Shown here piece after piece: positions 1 to 9,980 of a stretch of DNA of 64,000 nucleotides. Below the pieces are notes generated by a model. The model was not told the origin of the DNA, made no database searches, and was given only the letters and a program-made list of their open reading frames with translations. The position numbers were made by a program, and so were the translations under genes. Numbering within the stretch: the first letter of the stretch is position 1; every line of letters starts with the position of its first letter. Source of the stretch: a virus. The DNA lies in the IMG/VR virus record IMGVR_UViG_3300012665_000925, positions 63,624-127,623 of that record; one strand, given 5' to 3'.

Positions 1-67
1 AGTGCTTTGATATCAGAGCCAGATTTTCCTGGACTAACTAATTTCTCAAACTTATCCGATAGACCCA

Positions 68-337
68 TTAGTTGGTTCTCCTGTTGCATCCGCACTCGCC
101 GCGACGGTGTCGGTCAACTGCACTGTTAGATGTGTCAAACCCTTCTTCACGAAGGACTTTGCCGATGGTGGCATTGTTTAAACGGTTGGGCGTGCCGTCG
201 GGAGTTTCCAGCATATCTTTCAATGCTTGTCTATCGGTTTCTGGTAGTTGAGTACCGTGAATGATTGAGCCGATTTTACAGAGTGTTGAACGCTTAGCTG
301 TTTTACTAGCTTCTGCAAGCCTGTCTGAGAGTGACAT
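68..337 (-). CDS. hypothetical phage protein
   Basis: 89-aa ORF with SD GAAAGGA upstream; C-terminal HRRGECGC. Confidence 0.6.
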   Translation of the reverse strand: MSLSDRLAEASKTAKRSTLCKIGSIIHGTQLPETDRQALKDMLETPDGTPNRLNNATIGKVLREEGFDTSNSAVDRHRRGECGCNRRTN

Positions 338-408
338 AGGTAGTCCTTTCGTACTGCGTATTTGTCTTTTGTAATTCTACTACACCAATATAGATGTATG
401 TCTAGTAT

Positions 409-771
409 TTAACTAGCTTTTTTTCTAGTCCTTCTTACTGGAACCATTGGCGATTCCAAAGTGCTATCCAGTGCTGGGGTGTAGCCAGGGTTGTTTGAGA
501 GAAGAAGTTGCTTGATGAACTGAAGCTCGACGTGATTTTCTTTGGTGGTATCCGAGGCCGTTTTTACTTGGTCAGCTAGAGAACTCCCACCGTTAGGCCA
601 AAGCTGGTGTTCTACTCGGTCAAGTCTTTCAGAGATTGTTCTGCCTTTTGCGTCCAAACCGATAGAGTCTTGAATTCGACGTGCTAATCTATAGATAGCA
701 ATGATGCCACCAATGATGATTCCAATTGCAGTTATGACTGCTGAGGTCGTAAAAATTACATCCATTTGCAT
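409..771 (-). CDS. membrane protein (actinophage holin-associated/minor tail type)
   Basis: N-terminal TM helix, then ERLDRVEHQLWPNGGSSLAD motif typical of actinophage membrane proteins. Confidence 0.55.
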   Translation of the reverse strand: MQMDVIFTTSAVITAIGIIIGGIIAIYRLARRIQDSIGLDAKGRTISERLDRVEHQLWPNGGSSLADQVKTASDTTKENHVELQFIKQLLLSNNPGYTPALDSTLESPMVPVRRTRKKAS

Positions 772-969
772 GAGTTATAATGGTATCCCTGGTAGTAGCG
801 GTTAGGTTCGTTACTACAATAATACCCTAATAGGGTCGCCCTGATTTGGCAGGTTGTTAGGTCAACCACTTCGGTCAGTTTTAGTGCATTTGCACAATTT
901 TTTGCGTTTCGACTTGCATTGTCGCATCTTTGTATGTAGTCTGGTCGAAGTAGATTTAGGAGAGAAAAT

Positions 970-3585
970 ATGGCTGATTGGAATTCCGCGGGAAATGGAC
1001 GTCTCGCAAAAGCAGCAACTTGGTATGCATCGAAAGGGTGGAGGGTCTTGCCCTGCCACGGTATCGCTGATGGAGGTCGTTGTACCTGTAGTAGCCCTCA
1101 CACGGAGCCTAAAGATGTCGGTAAGCACCCAGCTCTAAAAGAGTGGAATGTTAACGCCACCAACGATGCTCCAACTGTAGGCGGTTGGTGGGAGCGCAAT
1201 CCTGAGTACAACATCGGTGTTTACACTGGCCCATCTGGGTTCCTAGTAATCGATGTTGACCCACGGTCTGAAGGTCTTGAGTCATTTGACAAGTTTGAAG
1301 AACTCCTTGAGGGAGTCCTACCTAGCACTGTAGAAGCTGAGACTGGTGAGTACACCCACAAGGGCAAGATTGTTCGTGGACGCCACCTCTATTTCAAGTG
1401 CGACCCTGAAGAAAAGCTAGTCGGAAACCTACTCAAAAACGGTCTTAAGGGTATCGATATCAAGCACAACGGGTACGTCCTTGTTGCTCCGTCTCGCCAC
1501 TTCTCTGGAATCACTTATGACTGGAAGCCAGGCCACGCTCCTTGGGAGATGGAAATGGCTGAAGCTCCTGAAGAACTTCTACAGGTACTACGCAAGAATG
1601 CTCGACGCCACGGTAGCACTAGCTACACGGAGGGCAGTTGGGAGTGGATGAATGACCTTGAGTTCAAGGGCGAAAAGGTCAACGTTCAGAAGATTCTTGA
1701 AGAAGGTATTGACGAAGGTTCTCGTGCCATCGATGTCTACAAACTTGCATGTGCTCTAGCCAACAGCATTGGCGTTGAGAGCGAACACAAGAAGATGATG
1801 ATTGAGACGACAATGATTCGTTTCAACGCCGAGAAGGTTCGTCCTCCGATGGAGCTTGAGGGTCCAAACTCATTGCTCATGCACACACGCCGTGCAATCG
1901 AATTTGTTGCTGACAACCCGAAGACTGACCGCTTATGGAATGGTCTATCTGATTGGCAGCAGGGTAAGACTTGGGCTGAGAGTGCCTCGTCCCCTGAGGC
2001 TCAGGCTGCGCTATCTACTCCTAACGGTGCTAGTCGTGGTCCTAACTCTGTAGGTCAAGCAATTACTCGCATGGTTGAGGCTGGCGTATCTATTCAGGAT
2101 GCATCCAACAATGGAAATCTAGACATTCCTCAGGACCAGGACGCTATCTCCGAGCAAGATGGTGGACAGCCTGGAAACCGTACTCTGACTGACACTGGTA
2201 ATGGTAGACGCCTTGTAGATACTTTCGGTGCCGCTATTCGTTACACTCCAGGGTTGGGCTGGTTCCACTGGGACGGCAACTACTGGAAGCCAGACGTTGA
2301 AAACTTGGAAATGCAAGAACTCTGCAAGCGAGTATCTGCAGTAATCGCCAGCGAGATTAACAACTACGTTGGAGACACAGACAAGCAGTCTGAGATTATC
2401 AAGTGGGCTAACCAAGGTAAGTCAAACACTCGTATCAACAACATGCTTTCCAGCTCAAACTCTGACCCACGTGTGGTAGTCGGTGTCGAGAAGTGGGACA
2501 GCGATGTCAACTTGCTTGGTGTTCAGAATGGTGTGATTGACCTCAAGACTGGCGAACTACTAAAGGGTCAGCCAAACCTCTACATTACTCGCCGTGCACC
2601 TGTTGCGTACAACCCAGGTCTGCGTAACCCACGCTGGGAGCAGTTTATTGACTTTGCTACTGGTGGAGACAAAGAACTTCAGAACTGGTTACAGAAAGCA
2701 GTTGGCTACACACTGACTGGTAACAACAACCACGACCTTATGTTCTTGGTCTACGGTCCTCCAGGTTCTGGTAAGAACACCTTTGTTGAAGCAATCGTTA
2801 AGGCTCTTGGAACTAAGCAGTACGCTTGGCCACTTGACTCTACTGTTCTTGCTGCCAATGACGGCTCTGCTAACCGCTCTGACGAGTACCACTGGGCACA
2901 GCTTCGTGGTCGCCGTATGGTTTGGGTCGATGAGTTGCCAGAATCCGAGCGACTAAAAGAGAACGCTGTAAAGAAGCTAACTGGTTCGTCTGAAATCTCA
3001 GCACGTTCCCCTGGTGAGCAGCCGTTTACGTTCGAGGCTCAGGCGAAGCTTTGGGTTACCACTAACCACCGTCCTACGATTATGGATGATGCTATGTGGC
3101 GTCGTCTTCGTCCAATCCCATGGTTGCATGTTCCAGAGAAGTCTGACCCAGACTTGAAGGCTTACTTGTTTGACCCTGAGGGCGGTCTTGCTGGAGTTCT
3201 TGCTTGGGCTGTCGAAGGTGCTGTTAAGTATCTAGGCTCCTCTGCTAAGGACCCGCTAGGTATGTGCGGTGCTGTTGAAGAAGCTTCGTCTATCTACCGC
3301 AAGGAGCAGGACCGAATTGGTCTATTCATTGAGGAAGAGACTATCGAGACTGACGGTAATGACATGCCAGTCAAGAAGCTGTACACCATCTACAAGATGT
3401 GGTGCGGTGAGCGCGGTGAGTATCCTCTATCTCAGGCAAACTTCCAGCGTCGTCTTGCTGACCGCGGTATGGAAATTGGTGGTCACGGTACAAACGCTAT
3501 TCTCAAGAACCGTTTCACTAGACCTCGTGCAGTTCCTGATTCTCAGGTCGACTACTCTCTTCTTAGTCGAGCAGCTGACTTCTAA
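970..3585 (+). CDS. bifunctional primase-polymerase fused to D5/P4-type SF3 helicase
   Basis: Prim-pol motifs GWRVLP, NIGVYTG, VIDVD, GRHLYF, GYVLVAPS; D5_N TDTGNGRRL; Walker A GPPGSGKNT; DDAMWRRL. Confidence 0.92.
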   Translation: MADWNSAGNGRLAKAATWYASKGWRVLPCHGIADGGRCTCSSPHTEPKDVGKHPALKEWNVNATNDAPTVGGWWERNPEYNIGVYTGPSGFLVIDVDPRSEGLESFDKFEELLEGVLPSTVEAETGEYTHKGKIVRGRHLYFKCDPEEKLVGNLLKNGLKGIDIKHNGYVLVAPSRHFSGITYDWKPGHAPWEMEMAEAPEELLQVLRKNARRHGSTSYTEGSWEWMNDLEFKGEKVNVQKILEEGIDEGSRAIDVYKLACALANSIGVESEHKKMMIETTMIRFNAEKVRPPMELEGPNSLLMHTRRAIEFVADNPKTDRLWNGLSDWQQGKTWAESASSPEAQAALSTPNGASRGPNSVGQAITRMVEAGVSIQDASNNGNLDIPQDQDAISEQDGGQPGNRTLTDTGNGRRLVDTFGAAIRYTPGLGWFHWDGNYWKPDVENLEMQELCKRVSAVIASEINNYVGDTDKQSEIIKWANQGKSNTRINNMLSSSNSDPRVVVGVEKWDSDVNLLGVQNGVIDLKTGELLKGQPNLYITRRAPVAYNPGLRNPRWEQFIDFATGGDKELQNWLQKAVGYTLTGNNNHDLMFLVYGPPGSGKNTFVEAIVKALGTKQYAWPLDSTVLAANDGSANRSDEYHWAQLRGRRMVWVDELPESERLKENAVKKLTGSSEISARSPGEQPFTFEAQAKLWVTTNHRPTIMDDAMWRRLRPIPWLHVPEKSDPDLKAYLFDPEGGLAGVLAWAVEGAVKYLGSSAKDPLGMCGAVEEASSIYRKEQDRIGLFIEEETIETDGNDMPVKKLYTIYKMWCGERGEYPLSQANFQRRLADRGMEIGGHGTNAILKNRFTRPRAVPDSQVDYSLLSRAADF

Positions 3586-3660
3586 AAAACAACCCTGTCA
3601 CTAATACATAACTAAGATTTGTGTAGTAGAATGGCAATGTGTTTCGGGAGAGAGGCACGT

Positions 3661-3691
3661 GGGGGCTGGTAGTTCTCAGCTACTAGCCCCC
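3661..3691 (+). terminator. stem-loop between primase and glycosyltransferase genes
   Basis: GGGGGCTGGTAG-loop-CTACTAGCCCCC. Confidence 0.45.
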
Positions 3692-3713
3692 TTCTAACTA
3701 CTTAGGAGACTAA

Positions 3714-4520
3714 ATGAAAATTTGCATCGCTACCCCGATGTATGGCGGTAATGCAAAGAGCAACTACTCGTCATCACTACTGCAGCTTCTTGCTGCGCTC
3801 ACCTCTGCTGGACACCAAGCATTTCAAACTGTAATCACGAACGAGAGTCTTATTACTAGAGCTAGAAATACTCTAGCCAAAGAGTTCCTAAAGACTGATG
3901 CGGATGCAATCCTGTTTATCGATGCAGACCACGGATTCTTTGCTGAAGACATCATCAAAATGATTGAGTCTGGTAAAGACTTGATTGGCGGCATCTACCC
4001 GATGAAGGCAATCAACTGGACCAATGTTCGTAAGGCAGCTCTTGCTGGTAAAGAAGACCTAGAGTCTTACTCTGGATTCTTTGCTGTCAACTTCCTTGAA
4101 GAAGAGCAGACATTTCAGTATTTCGAACCATTCAAGGTTCGCGACATCGGTACTGGAATGATGTTTGCTACCCGTAAGGTGTTTGAAGACTTGAAGCCTA
4201 TTTGTAAGTCATACAAAAACAACTCAATCAGTAACGGCGGCATCGAGGATGCAACTATCACTGAATACTTCACCACAATGATTACTGACGAGCCAGAATC
4301 AATTCTGCTATCTGAGGATTACGCGTTCTGCCACATGTGGCGTTCGCTAGGTAACGACGTCTATGCTGCCCCGTGGGTTCGAATGACTCACTCTGGTGAC
4401 TACAACTTCGCTGGAAACTTCTTGCGTATGCTAGAAGCTAATCAGATGCCTGCTGCTCCGATTGCAGGTCAACCAGATTCTTCACCGTCGTCGGATGCCA
4501 CTTCCGAAGATTCTGAGTAG
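3714..4520 (+). CDS. GT-A fold glycosyltransferase-like protein
   Basis: IATPMYGG start, ESLITRARN, DxD motif LFIDAD, LSEDYAFC. Confidence 0.75.
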   Translation: MKICIATPMYGGNAKSNYSSSLLQLLAALTSAGHQAFQTVITNESLITRARNTLAKEFLKTDADAILFIDADHGFFAEDIIKMIESGKDLIGGIYPMKAINWTNVRKAALAGKEDLESYSGFFAVNFLEEEQTFQYFEPFKVRDIGTGMMFATRKVFEDLKPICKSYKNNSISNGGIEDATITEYFTTMITDEPESILLSEDYAFCHMWRSLGNDVYAAPWVRMTHSGDYNFAGNFLRMLEANQMPAAPIAGQPDSSPSSDATSEDSE

Positions 4521-5118
4521 GAATCTCGTCGCGGTTTAGGCCGTCGGCAATTGTTTTAAACGAAGCCCCTGAAGCTCTTTCAGACAGAATTCTCTGTTTG
4601 ATATCTTCGGGGGTTTTGTTCTTGGGCCCCATGTCTACGCCCCACACCACTCCGCGCTCGCGGCGGTCCTTGTGAACATCACGCTGACGCTCAGCAATGA
4701 TTCCACGTTCCATCTCGGCTAGGGCGGACATAATTGTAACTACGAATCGGCCCTGGTAGCTAGAGGTGTCTAGGTTCAGGTCCAGCATCACAAGACGCCA
4801 GCCGTTCTTATTGGCTCGGTCTACGATGCTTAGGAAGTCCTGGGTTGAGCGAGCCAGGCGGTCGATGCGAGTGACGAAGAGTGCCTTTGCTTCCCCCGCG
4901 TCCAACCTCTTCAAGGCGTTAGTGAGTGCTGGTCGCCCAGAGATAGATTTACCAGAGCGTCCTTCTTCTCGGACAAGCTCTATGTTTGCATAGCCAGCCA
5001 ACTCGGCTGCTTGATGGAGCTGACGCTCTTGGACGTCAAGAGATACGCCGTCGTTTACCTGTAGTTGGGTAGATACGCGTGCGTAAAGTAAGGCTAAATC
5101 AGTAGGTTCAACATCCAC
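4438..5118 (-). CDS. serine recombinase (resolvase/invertase family)
   Basis: YARVST catalytic Ser, SGKS..RPAL, RIDRLARS, AEMER; C-terminal IADGLN...W..TTV. Confidence 0.92.
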   Translation of the reverse strand: MDVEPTDLALLYARVSTQLQVNDGVSLDVQERQLHQAAELAGYANIELVREEGRSGKSISGRPALTNALKRLDAGEAKALFVTRIDRLARSTQDFLSIVDRANKNGWRLVMLDLNLDTSSYQGRFVVTIMSALAEMERGIIAERQRDVHKDRRERGVVWGVDMGPKNKTPEDIKQRILSERASGASFKTIADGLNRDEIPTQNLRKWHPTTVKNLVDLQSEQQASD

Positions 5119-5125
5119 TTATTAA

Positions 5126-6022
5126 TTATAAGTCAGTAAGAATTGTTGTTACTGTGGTGTGGAGTGATTCTAGTCCGTTGTAGTTTGAGATGCGGTGGTC
5201 AAACTTGTAGTCATCTAGAGCGTGCTCTGAGATGTGGTCATTTGCGGCTTTGTAGCCAATACGCTCTACTCGCCAGATTTCTCCGCCTAGCTTTTTGATT
5301 TCATCAGCCTCGTTTGGAAAACGGACGTCAGCAAACACAACTTTGGAGCCATCTGGGATGGCTTTAATTGCCTGGTCCACCCAGAAGTTCTCTCCGAACA
5401 TATCGCGACCTACTTCTGTGCCTAGGCGTTGGAGTAGCTCACGGACGCCTGGGGTGATTACTTTTGCCGTATCCCAGTCTAGGTCTTTGCCTAGGGACTG
5501 CCTTACGGACATGTAACTGCCCTCGATAGTCTGAACTGCTGGGTTGAGTCGGGTTAGTGCTTCTTTCATAGGGGCAGCAAAAGACATCTTGACGTACCCG
5601 TGATTCTCGACCATGTGGTCAGCGATAGTGTCTTTGCCAGCACGTGCCCACCCAGAAAGTCCGATGCAAGTAACACGAGGTACTAACTGTCCGTCCTTGA
5701 GAACCATTAGTGGAATACCGATTGCTTGAGCAACGTGTACCTCAAGCTGAGCACCCTTTGAAGTTTGCCATCCTGGCAGGACACAGAGTGCATCCACGTC
5801 CATAACATGCGGTAGGTCTCGACGCATGTACCAAGACCACAGTTGGTTTGGTCGGTCAGGAGAGCCAGCTGAGTCTAGGGCTTCTTGAACCGTTGCTCCG
5901 TCATTGTGAGCGGGATTGATTACATCGTGGCCCAGAGAGTCTAGTTGGCGTTCTGCGTCAAAGAAAGCTGGAAAGTTCCAGTCTTTGATTCCTGTCATTG
6001 GACCTGCGATGTATACCTTCAT
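5126..6022 (-). CDS. DUF4406 (deoxyribosyltransferase-like) domain fused to dNMP kinase
   Basis: N-term KVYIAGPMTG..NFPAF..INPA, LPGWQTSKGA.LE; C-term P-loop GWARAGKDT, RELLQRLGTE, DVRFPNE, HISE. Confidence 0.85.
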   Translation of the reverse strand: MKVYIAGPMTGIKDWNFPAFFDAERQLDSLGHDVINPAHNDGATVQEALDSAGSPDRPNQLWSWYMRRDLPHVMDVDALCVLPGWQTSKGAQLEVHVAQAIGIPLMVLKDGQLVPRVTCIGLSGWARAGKDTIADHMVENHGYVKMSFAAPMKEALTRLNPAVQTIEGSYMSVRQSLGKDLDWDTAKVITPGVRELLQRLGTEVGRDMFGENFWVDQAIKAIPDGSKVVFADVRFPNEADEIKKLGGEIWRVERIGYKAANDHISEHALDDYKFDHRISNYNGLESLHTTVTTILTDL

Positions 6023-6384
6023 TATTCCTTCTCTTTATCAATGTTTAAATTGATGTCTTTCACAATCTCGTCAAACTGCTCATCGGTGTCTGATAAGTCA
6101 GAAATATCTACGGAAACGAAGTCACCTTTACTGACTGTTTCTAGGAAGTACATAGCCTTAGCTGAGTCGTAACCGTCATCGTATCCAGCAACAAAAGCTT
6201 CAATCTCCACCTGAGTTGCCTCCCTAACAGTGTACTCGTCAACCTCTTCATCAAAGGCAAGTTCTCCGACTGCTTCTTCAGGGGTACTGGCCCCTACGTA
6301 GTCGTAGTCTTCAGTCACACCGTCTTCATCGAAATACTTCCAATCGATGCGGTAGATTCTCGCGGTGTTTTCTTCTTCAGACAT
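6022..6384 (-). CDS. acidic hypothetical protein
   Basis: 120-aa ORF translationally coupled to both neighbours. Confidence 0.6.
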   Translation of the reverse strand: MSEEENTARIYRIDWKYFDEDGVTEDYDYVGASTPEEAVGELAFDEEVDEYTVREATQVEIEAFVAGYDDGYDSAKAMYFLETVSKGDFVSVDISDLSDTDEQFDEIVKDINLNIDKEKE

Positions 6385-6965
6385 TACTTATCGGCAGGCT
6401 GTTCGAATGCTAGGCGAGTGATTTCTTCTGATGCAAGTAGTACAGCGATTGGGGCAGCGGCAGTGATTAGCACACCAACCCATGCGCGGAAGTCTGCTAG
6501 CGAACCATCCCAGAAAGAGAGGGTGTGTGCAATGTTGGCTACAACTGATACTGCCGCGAATGCGGTTAGTCCGCCTAGGGTGCGCCAGGTGCTCTCTCCA
6601 CGAGCTTTAAAAACTACGAGCGAGATTGTGTAGGCAAGAATTGCAGCATCGATAAACACTGCTGGTAGCCACTGTAGGAAAGTCGGTAGTCCAGTCCATG
6701 CTGAAACATCGTAGATGCCGTTAAAAGATACTGCGAACGAAGTAATCATAAGCAGGGAAACTAAGGCTACGGCAGTTGCCAGAACTGGAATGGCATCAGG
6801 ATTGATGCGTGCTGATTTTTTTCTAACTACAGGTTCTTCTACTTTTGCAAAGTTATTTACAACAGGAATTGGAGCAGGTGCTGGTTCGCTCATCGGTAAG
6901 CCTTCCTTCTTCGGCATTGGTGGGTACATGTATTCAAGAAGTTCATTTTGGTCGTCGTTCATCAT
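6384..6965 (-). CDS. DUF2637-like multi-TM membrane protein
   Basis: 4 hydrophobic helices; FAVSF, LPAVFIDAAI, SVVANIAH, AAAPIAVL; SD GAAAGGA. Confidence 0.7.
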   Translation of the reverse strand: MMNDDQNELLEYMYPPMPKKEGLPMSEPAPAPIPVVNNFAKVEEPVVRKKSARINPDAIPVLATAVALVSLLMITSFAVSFNGIYDVSAWTGLPTFLQWLPAVFIDAAILAYTISLVVFKARGESTWRTLGGLTAFAAVSVVANIAHTLSFWDGSLADFRAWVGVLITAAAPIAVLLASEEITRLAFEQPADK

Positions 6966-7006
6966 TTTTCCTTTCGGTGATATGAGTCTATAGTAAATCA
7001 AGCAGA

Positions 7007-7031
7007 AAAGCCACCCGTAAGAGTGGCTTTT
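7007..7031. terminator. bidirectional hairpin terminator
   Basis: AAAAGCCAC-ccgtaaga-GTGGCTTTT. Confidence 0.55.
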
Positions 7032-7147
7032 CGGTATTTCGCCTCACTGGACGGAATTAATACTTATCTAGATTCTAGCCCCCTACGCTGCTCTCTGTCA
7101 ACTCCAACATGTGAGATAATTGAGGTACAAGTTAACAGAGGACTGCC

Positions 7148-7309
7148 GTGAGTAAACCCAATAACATATGTGCCGTTTGTAAAGAACGATTCGTAGTTGA
7201 CTCTTTGGCTCGTTTATGCGAGATGAAGCATGATGGAGTTGTGTTTGTCAGGCAAGAATATGTTCCTAGGCCCAATCAGAGGCCGCTAAAGCCTAAAGAA
7301 GATTCTTAG
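7148..7309 (+). CDS. small putative zinc-binding protein
   Basis: GTG start after AGAGGA; CAVC...C..KH; 53 aa (below ORF track cutoff). Confidence 0.45.
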   Translation: MSKPNNICAVCKERFVVDSLARLCEMKHDGVVFVRQEYVPRPNQRPLKPKEDS

Positions 7310-8559
7310 ACTAGGGTCACCCAGGAAGTGCCGTTGTAGGCTTTTATGCGTGGAAAAGCCGTAGAAGATACTGTCCCCGTGGTAGGCGTCGTGTTGAGGT
7401 CAGATACGTTTGGGTTGAAGTAGTTTTGATAAAAATAAATTGTCCAAGCACCAGAAGAGCCGCCCACTGAGTCCACGCCCCAGGTGCCATTAAAGCCCGC
7501 TGGGCTAGAGGTACCAGTAATTGTAACTGTGTCTCCAACAAACACGGGTTGAGCTACTGTGTTTACTTGTACAGAAGCAAAAGAGTCCAGTCCATAAACT
7601 TTTCCATTGGTAAATGCCGTAGCAGGCATTCTTGTTACTCTGATAGTTCTTGACCCACCAGCAGCATAGTAGATAGGTCGCCAAGTAGTTCCGTCCCAAA
7701 TTCCACCGTTTAGTTTTGTTGCGGTAGACGCTGGGCTGTATGGCCCTGAACTATTGGCGTCTATATATACGCTGCCATCGGTGGATGTGTAACTACCTGC
7801 ACCAGTCGGGATTACAGCGTTCATGGCAGCTACATAGAATTGATAGGTCTCGCCTGGAACTAGACCTGTAATAGTTGCACTCGTAGCGTTCACGGCGGTC
7901 TCTGCTACGGCAATCGATGAGCCTCCACTAGCGCTTGTCCATTTCACCTTATATCTAAGGGTAGTTGCTGCGTACCCGCCTGGGTCCGATGGAGCAGACC
8001 AGCCGATGGTGACGCTAGTTGATGTTTTGCTAGTGATTGTTGGAGCTGCGGGGGCGTCTGGCAAGTAGTAATACTTGAGAACAAATCTAAGGTTACCTGG
8101 GTTATAGGTAGTAGCTACAGTGGTTGAAGTGTTGCTACCGCTATAGCTGCTGAATGAGCCAGTAGCAGTGTCTCGTTTAGATGCTAGAGATGCGCTTGCC
8201 CAGGTTCCTGCATAATAGGTAGTTCCGCCTGCAATTACAGCATTAATAGTTCCAGTGACTGAGGCGGTAGCACTAGAGACAGAGGCTGTTACACCATTTA
8301 GGGTCACTGTAGTTATGTCGAATAGCACACCTGCTGACTTCCACAAACCCATTCGAGCTGCGTTAGTGGTTCCAGAAGTTCCACCTACGGTCATGTTCAC
8401 AGACTCGATTTTATAAAAAGCGATTCCCTGGTAGGGGTCAGTGTTTCCAGCAACTAAATCAGCAGATGAGAAGTTGTCAATCATCTTCAACCCAGAGGCG
8501 GAGCCAAAGGGTTGGTTAGTGGTACCACCGTTGGTAAATGTTTGTACGGTTGTTGCCAT
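7306..8559 (-). CDS. fibronectin type III domain virion/tail protein
   Basis: Fn3 pattern PDAPAAP..TSVTIGWSAP..YKVKW..TITGLVPGETYQFYVAAMN. Confidence 0.8.
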   Translation of the reverse strand: MATTVQTFTNGGTTNQPFGSASGLKMIDNFSSADLVAGNTDPYQGIAFYKIESVNMTVGGTSGTTNAARMGLWKSAGVLFDITTVTLNGVTASVSSATASVTGTINAVIAGGTTYYAGTWASASLASKRDTATGSFSSYSGSNTSTTVATTYNPGNLRFVLKYYYLPDAPAAPTITSKTSTSVTIGWSAPSDPGGYAATTLRYKVKWTSASGGSSIAVAETAVNATSATITGLVPGETYQFYVAAMNAVIPTGAGSYTSTDGSVYIDANSSGPYSPASTATKLNGGIWDGTTWRPIYYAAGGSRTIRVTRMPATAFTNGKVYGLDSFASVQVNTVAQPVFVGDTVTITGTSSPAGFNGTWGVDSVGGSSGAWTIYFYQNYFNPNVSDLNTTPTTGTVSSTAFPRIKAYNGTSWVTLV

Positions 8560-9980
8560 TAGAAGCTAATCCAGATATCCCCAGCAACTAGCGGTGAGTC
8601 AACTGGCGTCGTGTTTGATACATAAATTCTAGCCATATTATTTACGGTAGCTGTAGTTGGTGCGGTATTTCCAATAATCGCGCCTCTAATTGCGTAGTTC
8701 GCTGCTAGGTTGGTGACTACAGTCGGGGATGAGATTGTCAATGGTGCAGTTCCAGAAGCAACAGTCGATGTGAGTGTGGATGAGCTAACGCTGGTCATAC
8801 CAGAGATTGTTGTTGTAGCTGCTGCGCCAAGAGTTAGTGTTTGTGCTCCGAGTAGGACAGCTGTATTTGCCAACTTAGCATTAGCGATTGAGCCCGAAAG
8901 CATCGTGTTGGTTACAGACCCAGTATCGCCAGTGGTTACTACTGTGCCTGTGGTTGCTGGGAGAGTGACTACAGTTCCAGTTCCAGCAGTGGCACTAGCA
9001 AGAAGTTGAATTGTTCCAGAGGTAGACCCAGGGAAGGTAACGCTAGAGATTCCAGTAAGACCCTGGTTTGCCGAAGCTCGGTTTAGGGCGACTGCGGTAG
9101 TTCCTACATAGGCAGTCGAGTTTCCTAAGACGGTGCTGGTTAGAGTTCCAGTTACGTTAGCGCCTGGGATGTTTGTGAGTGATGCACCAGAACCAGAGAA
9201 TGTGGCTGCAGCAATATCTCCTACCGCAGTAAACGCTCCTGTACCAGTAAGTGTTGCAGCAAGCGTTACGCCACCATACCATTTGAAACTGCCAGTTGTG
9301 TCGCTAGTAGTGTGCCAGAACTCGCCAGAGTTAATACCAACTGTATAGCCAGCAGAAGCTGCACCGATGTTGTCGTAGTAGATGGTTCTAACGCCACCAC
9401 TGTATGAGTTAAATGTTGGGGCACCAGCACCCAAGCCAAATTTCTGCGAGACCAGAGTTGCTTGATTAGCAGCGAAGTTTCCAGAGGAGTCTCTTAGGAC
9501 AAGAGTCGAGGCACCGTTGGCTGTCGCACCGTTTGTGGCAATCGCTACTGAGTCTGCGGATGAGTCACCAGTAATTGTGATACCAGTTCCAGCAGTAAGA
9601 GTTAGGGTGTCAGTAGATGAGTCAGCTACTGGACTGGTTCCAGATGGGGTTGAGATAGTAGCAAAAGAGTTTGAAGCCGAGCCACCACCACCGCCAACTA
9701 GGTTAGTAGATACCCCAGCACCACCACCAGTGATGTCAATGTAGTATCCACGGGCACTTCCGCCTTGCTCGAAGAAGCGGAGTTTATCTTGGAAGACGTC
9801 AATAGTTACACCGCCAGTTAGGGTGGTGTTAGTTACTGCTTTATTGAGGAAGATTTCTCCACCCTCATCGCCAGACGAGTTAGTGGAGCGTAGGTTTCCA
9901 GATGCCGTAATTGCCGAAGCAGAGGTTATGTCACCATTTACGGTTATTGGTACTTCAAATTCTTTAGGGTTTTGGGCCAT
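8559..9980 (-). CDS. tail fibre-like protein
   Basis: G/T/S/A-rich; shares VTNTML.GSIANAKL repeat with neighbour; ends GDIWISF. Confidence 0.75.
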   Translation of the reverse strand: MAQNPKEFEVPITVNGDITSASAITASGNLRSTNSSGDEGGEIFLNKAVTNTTLTGGVTIDVFQDKLRFFEQGGSARGYYIDITGGGAGVSTNLVGGGGGSASNSFATISTPSGTSPVADSSTDTLTLTAGTGITITGDSSADSVAIATNGATANGASTLVLRDSSGNFAANQATLVSQKFGLGAGAPTFNSYSGGVRTIYYDNIGAASAGYTVGINSGEFWHTTSDTTGSFKWYGGVTLAATLTGTGAFTAVGDIAAATFSGSGASLTNIPGANVTGTLTSTVLGNSTAYVGTTAVALNRASANQGLTGISSVTFPGSTSGTIQLLASATAGTGTVVTLPATTGTVVTTGDTGSVTNTMLSGSIANAKLANTAVLLGAQTLTLGAAATTTISGMTSVSSSTLTSTVASGTAPLTISSPTVVTNLAANYAIRGAIIGNTAPTTATVNNMARIYVSNTTPVDSPLVAGDIWISF

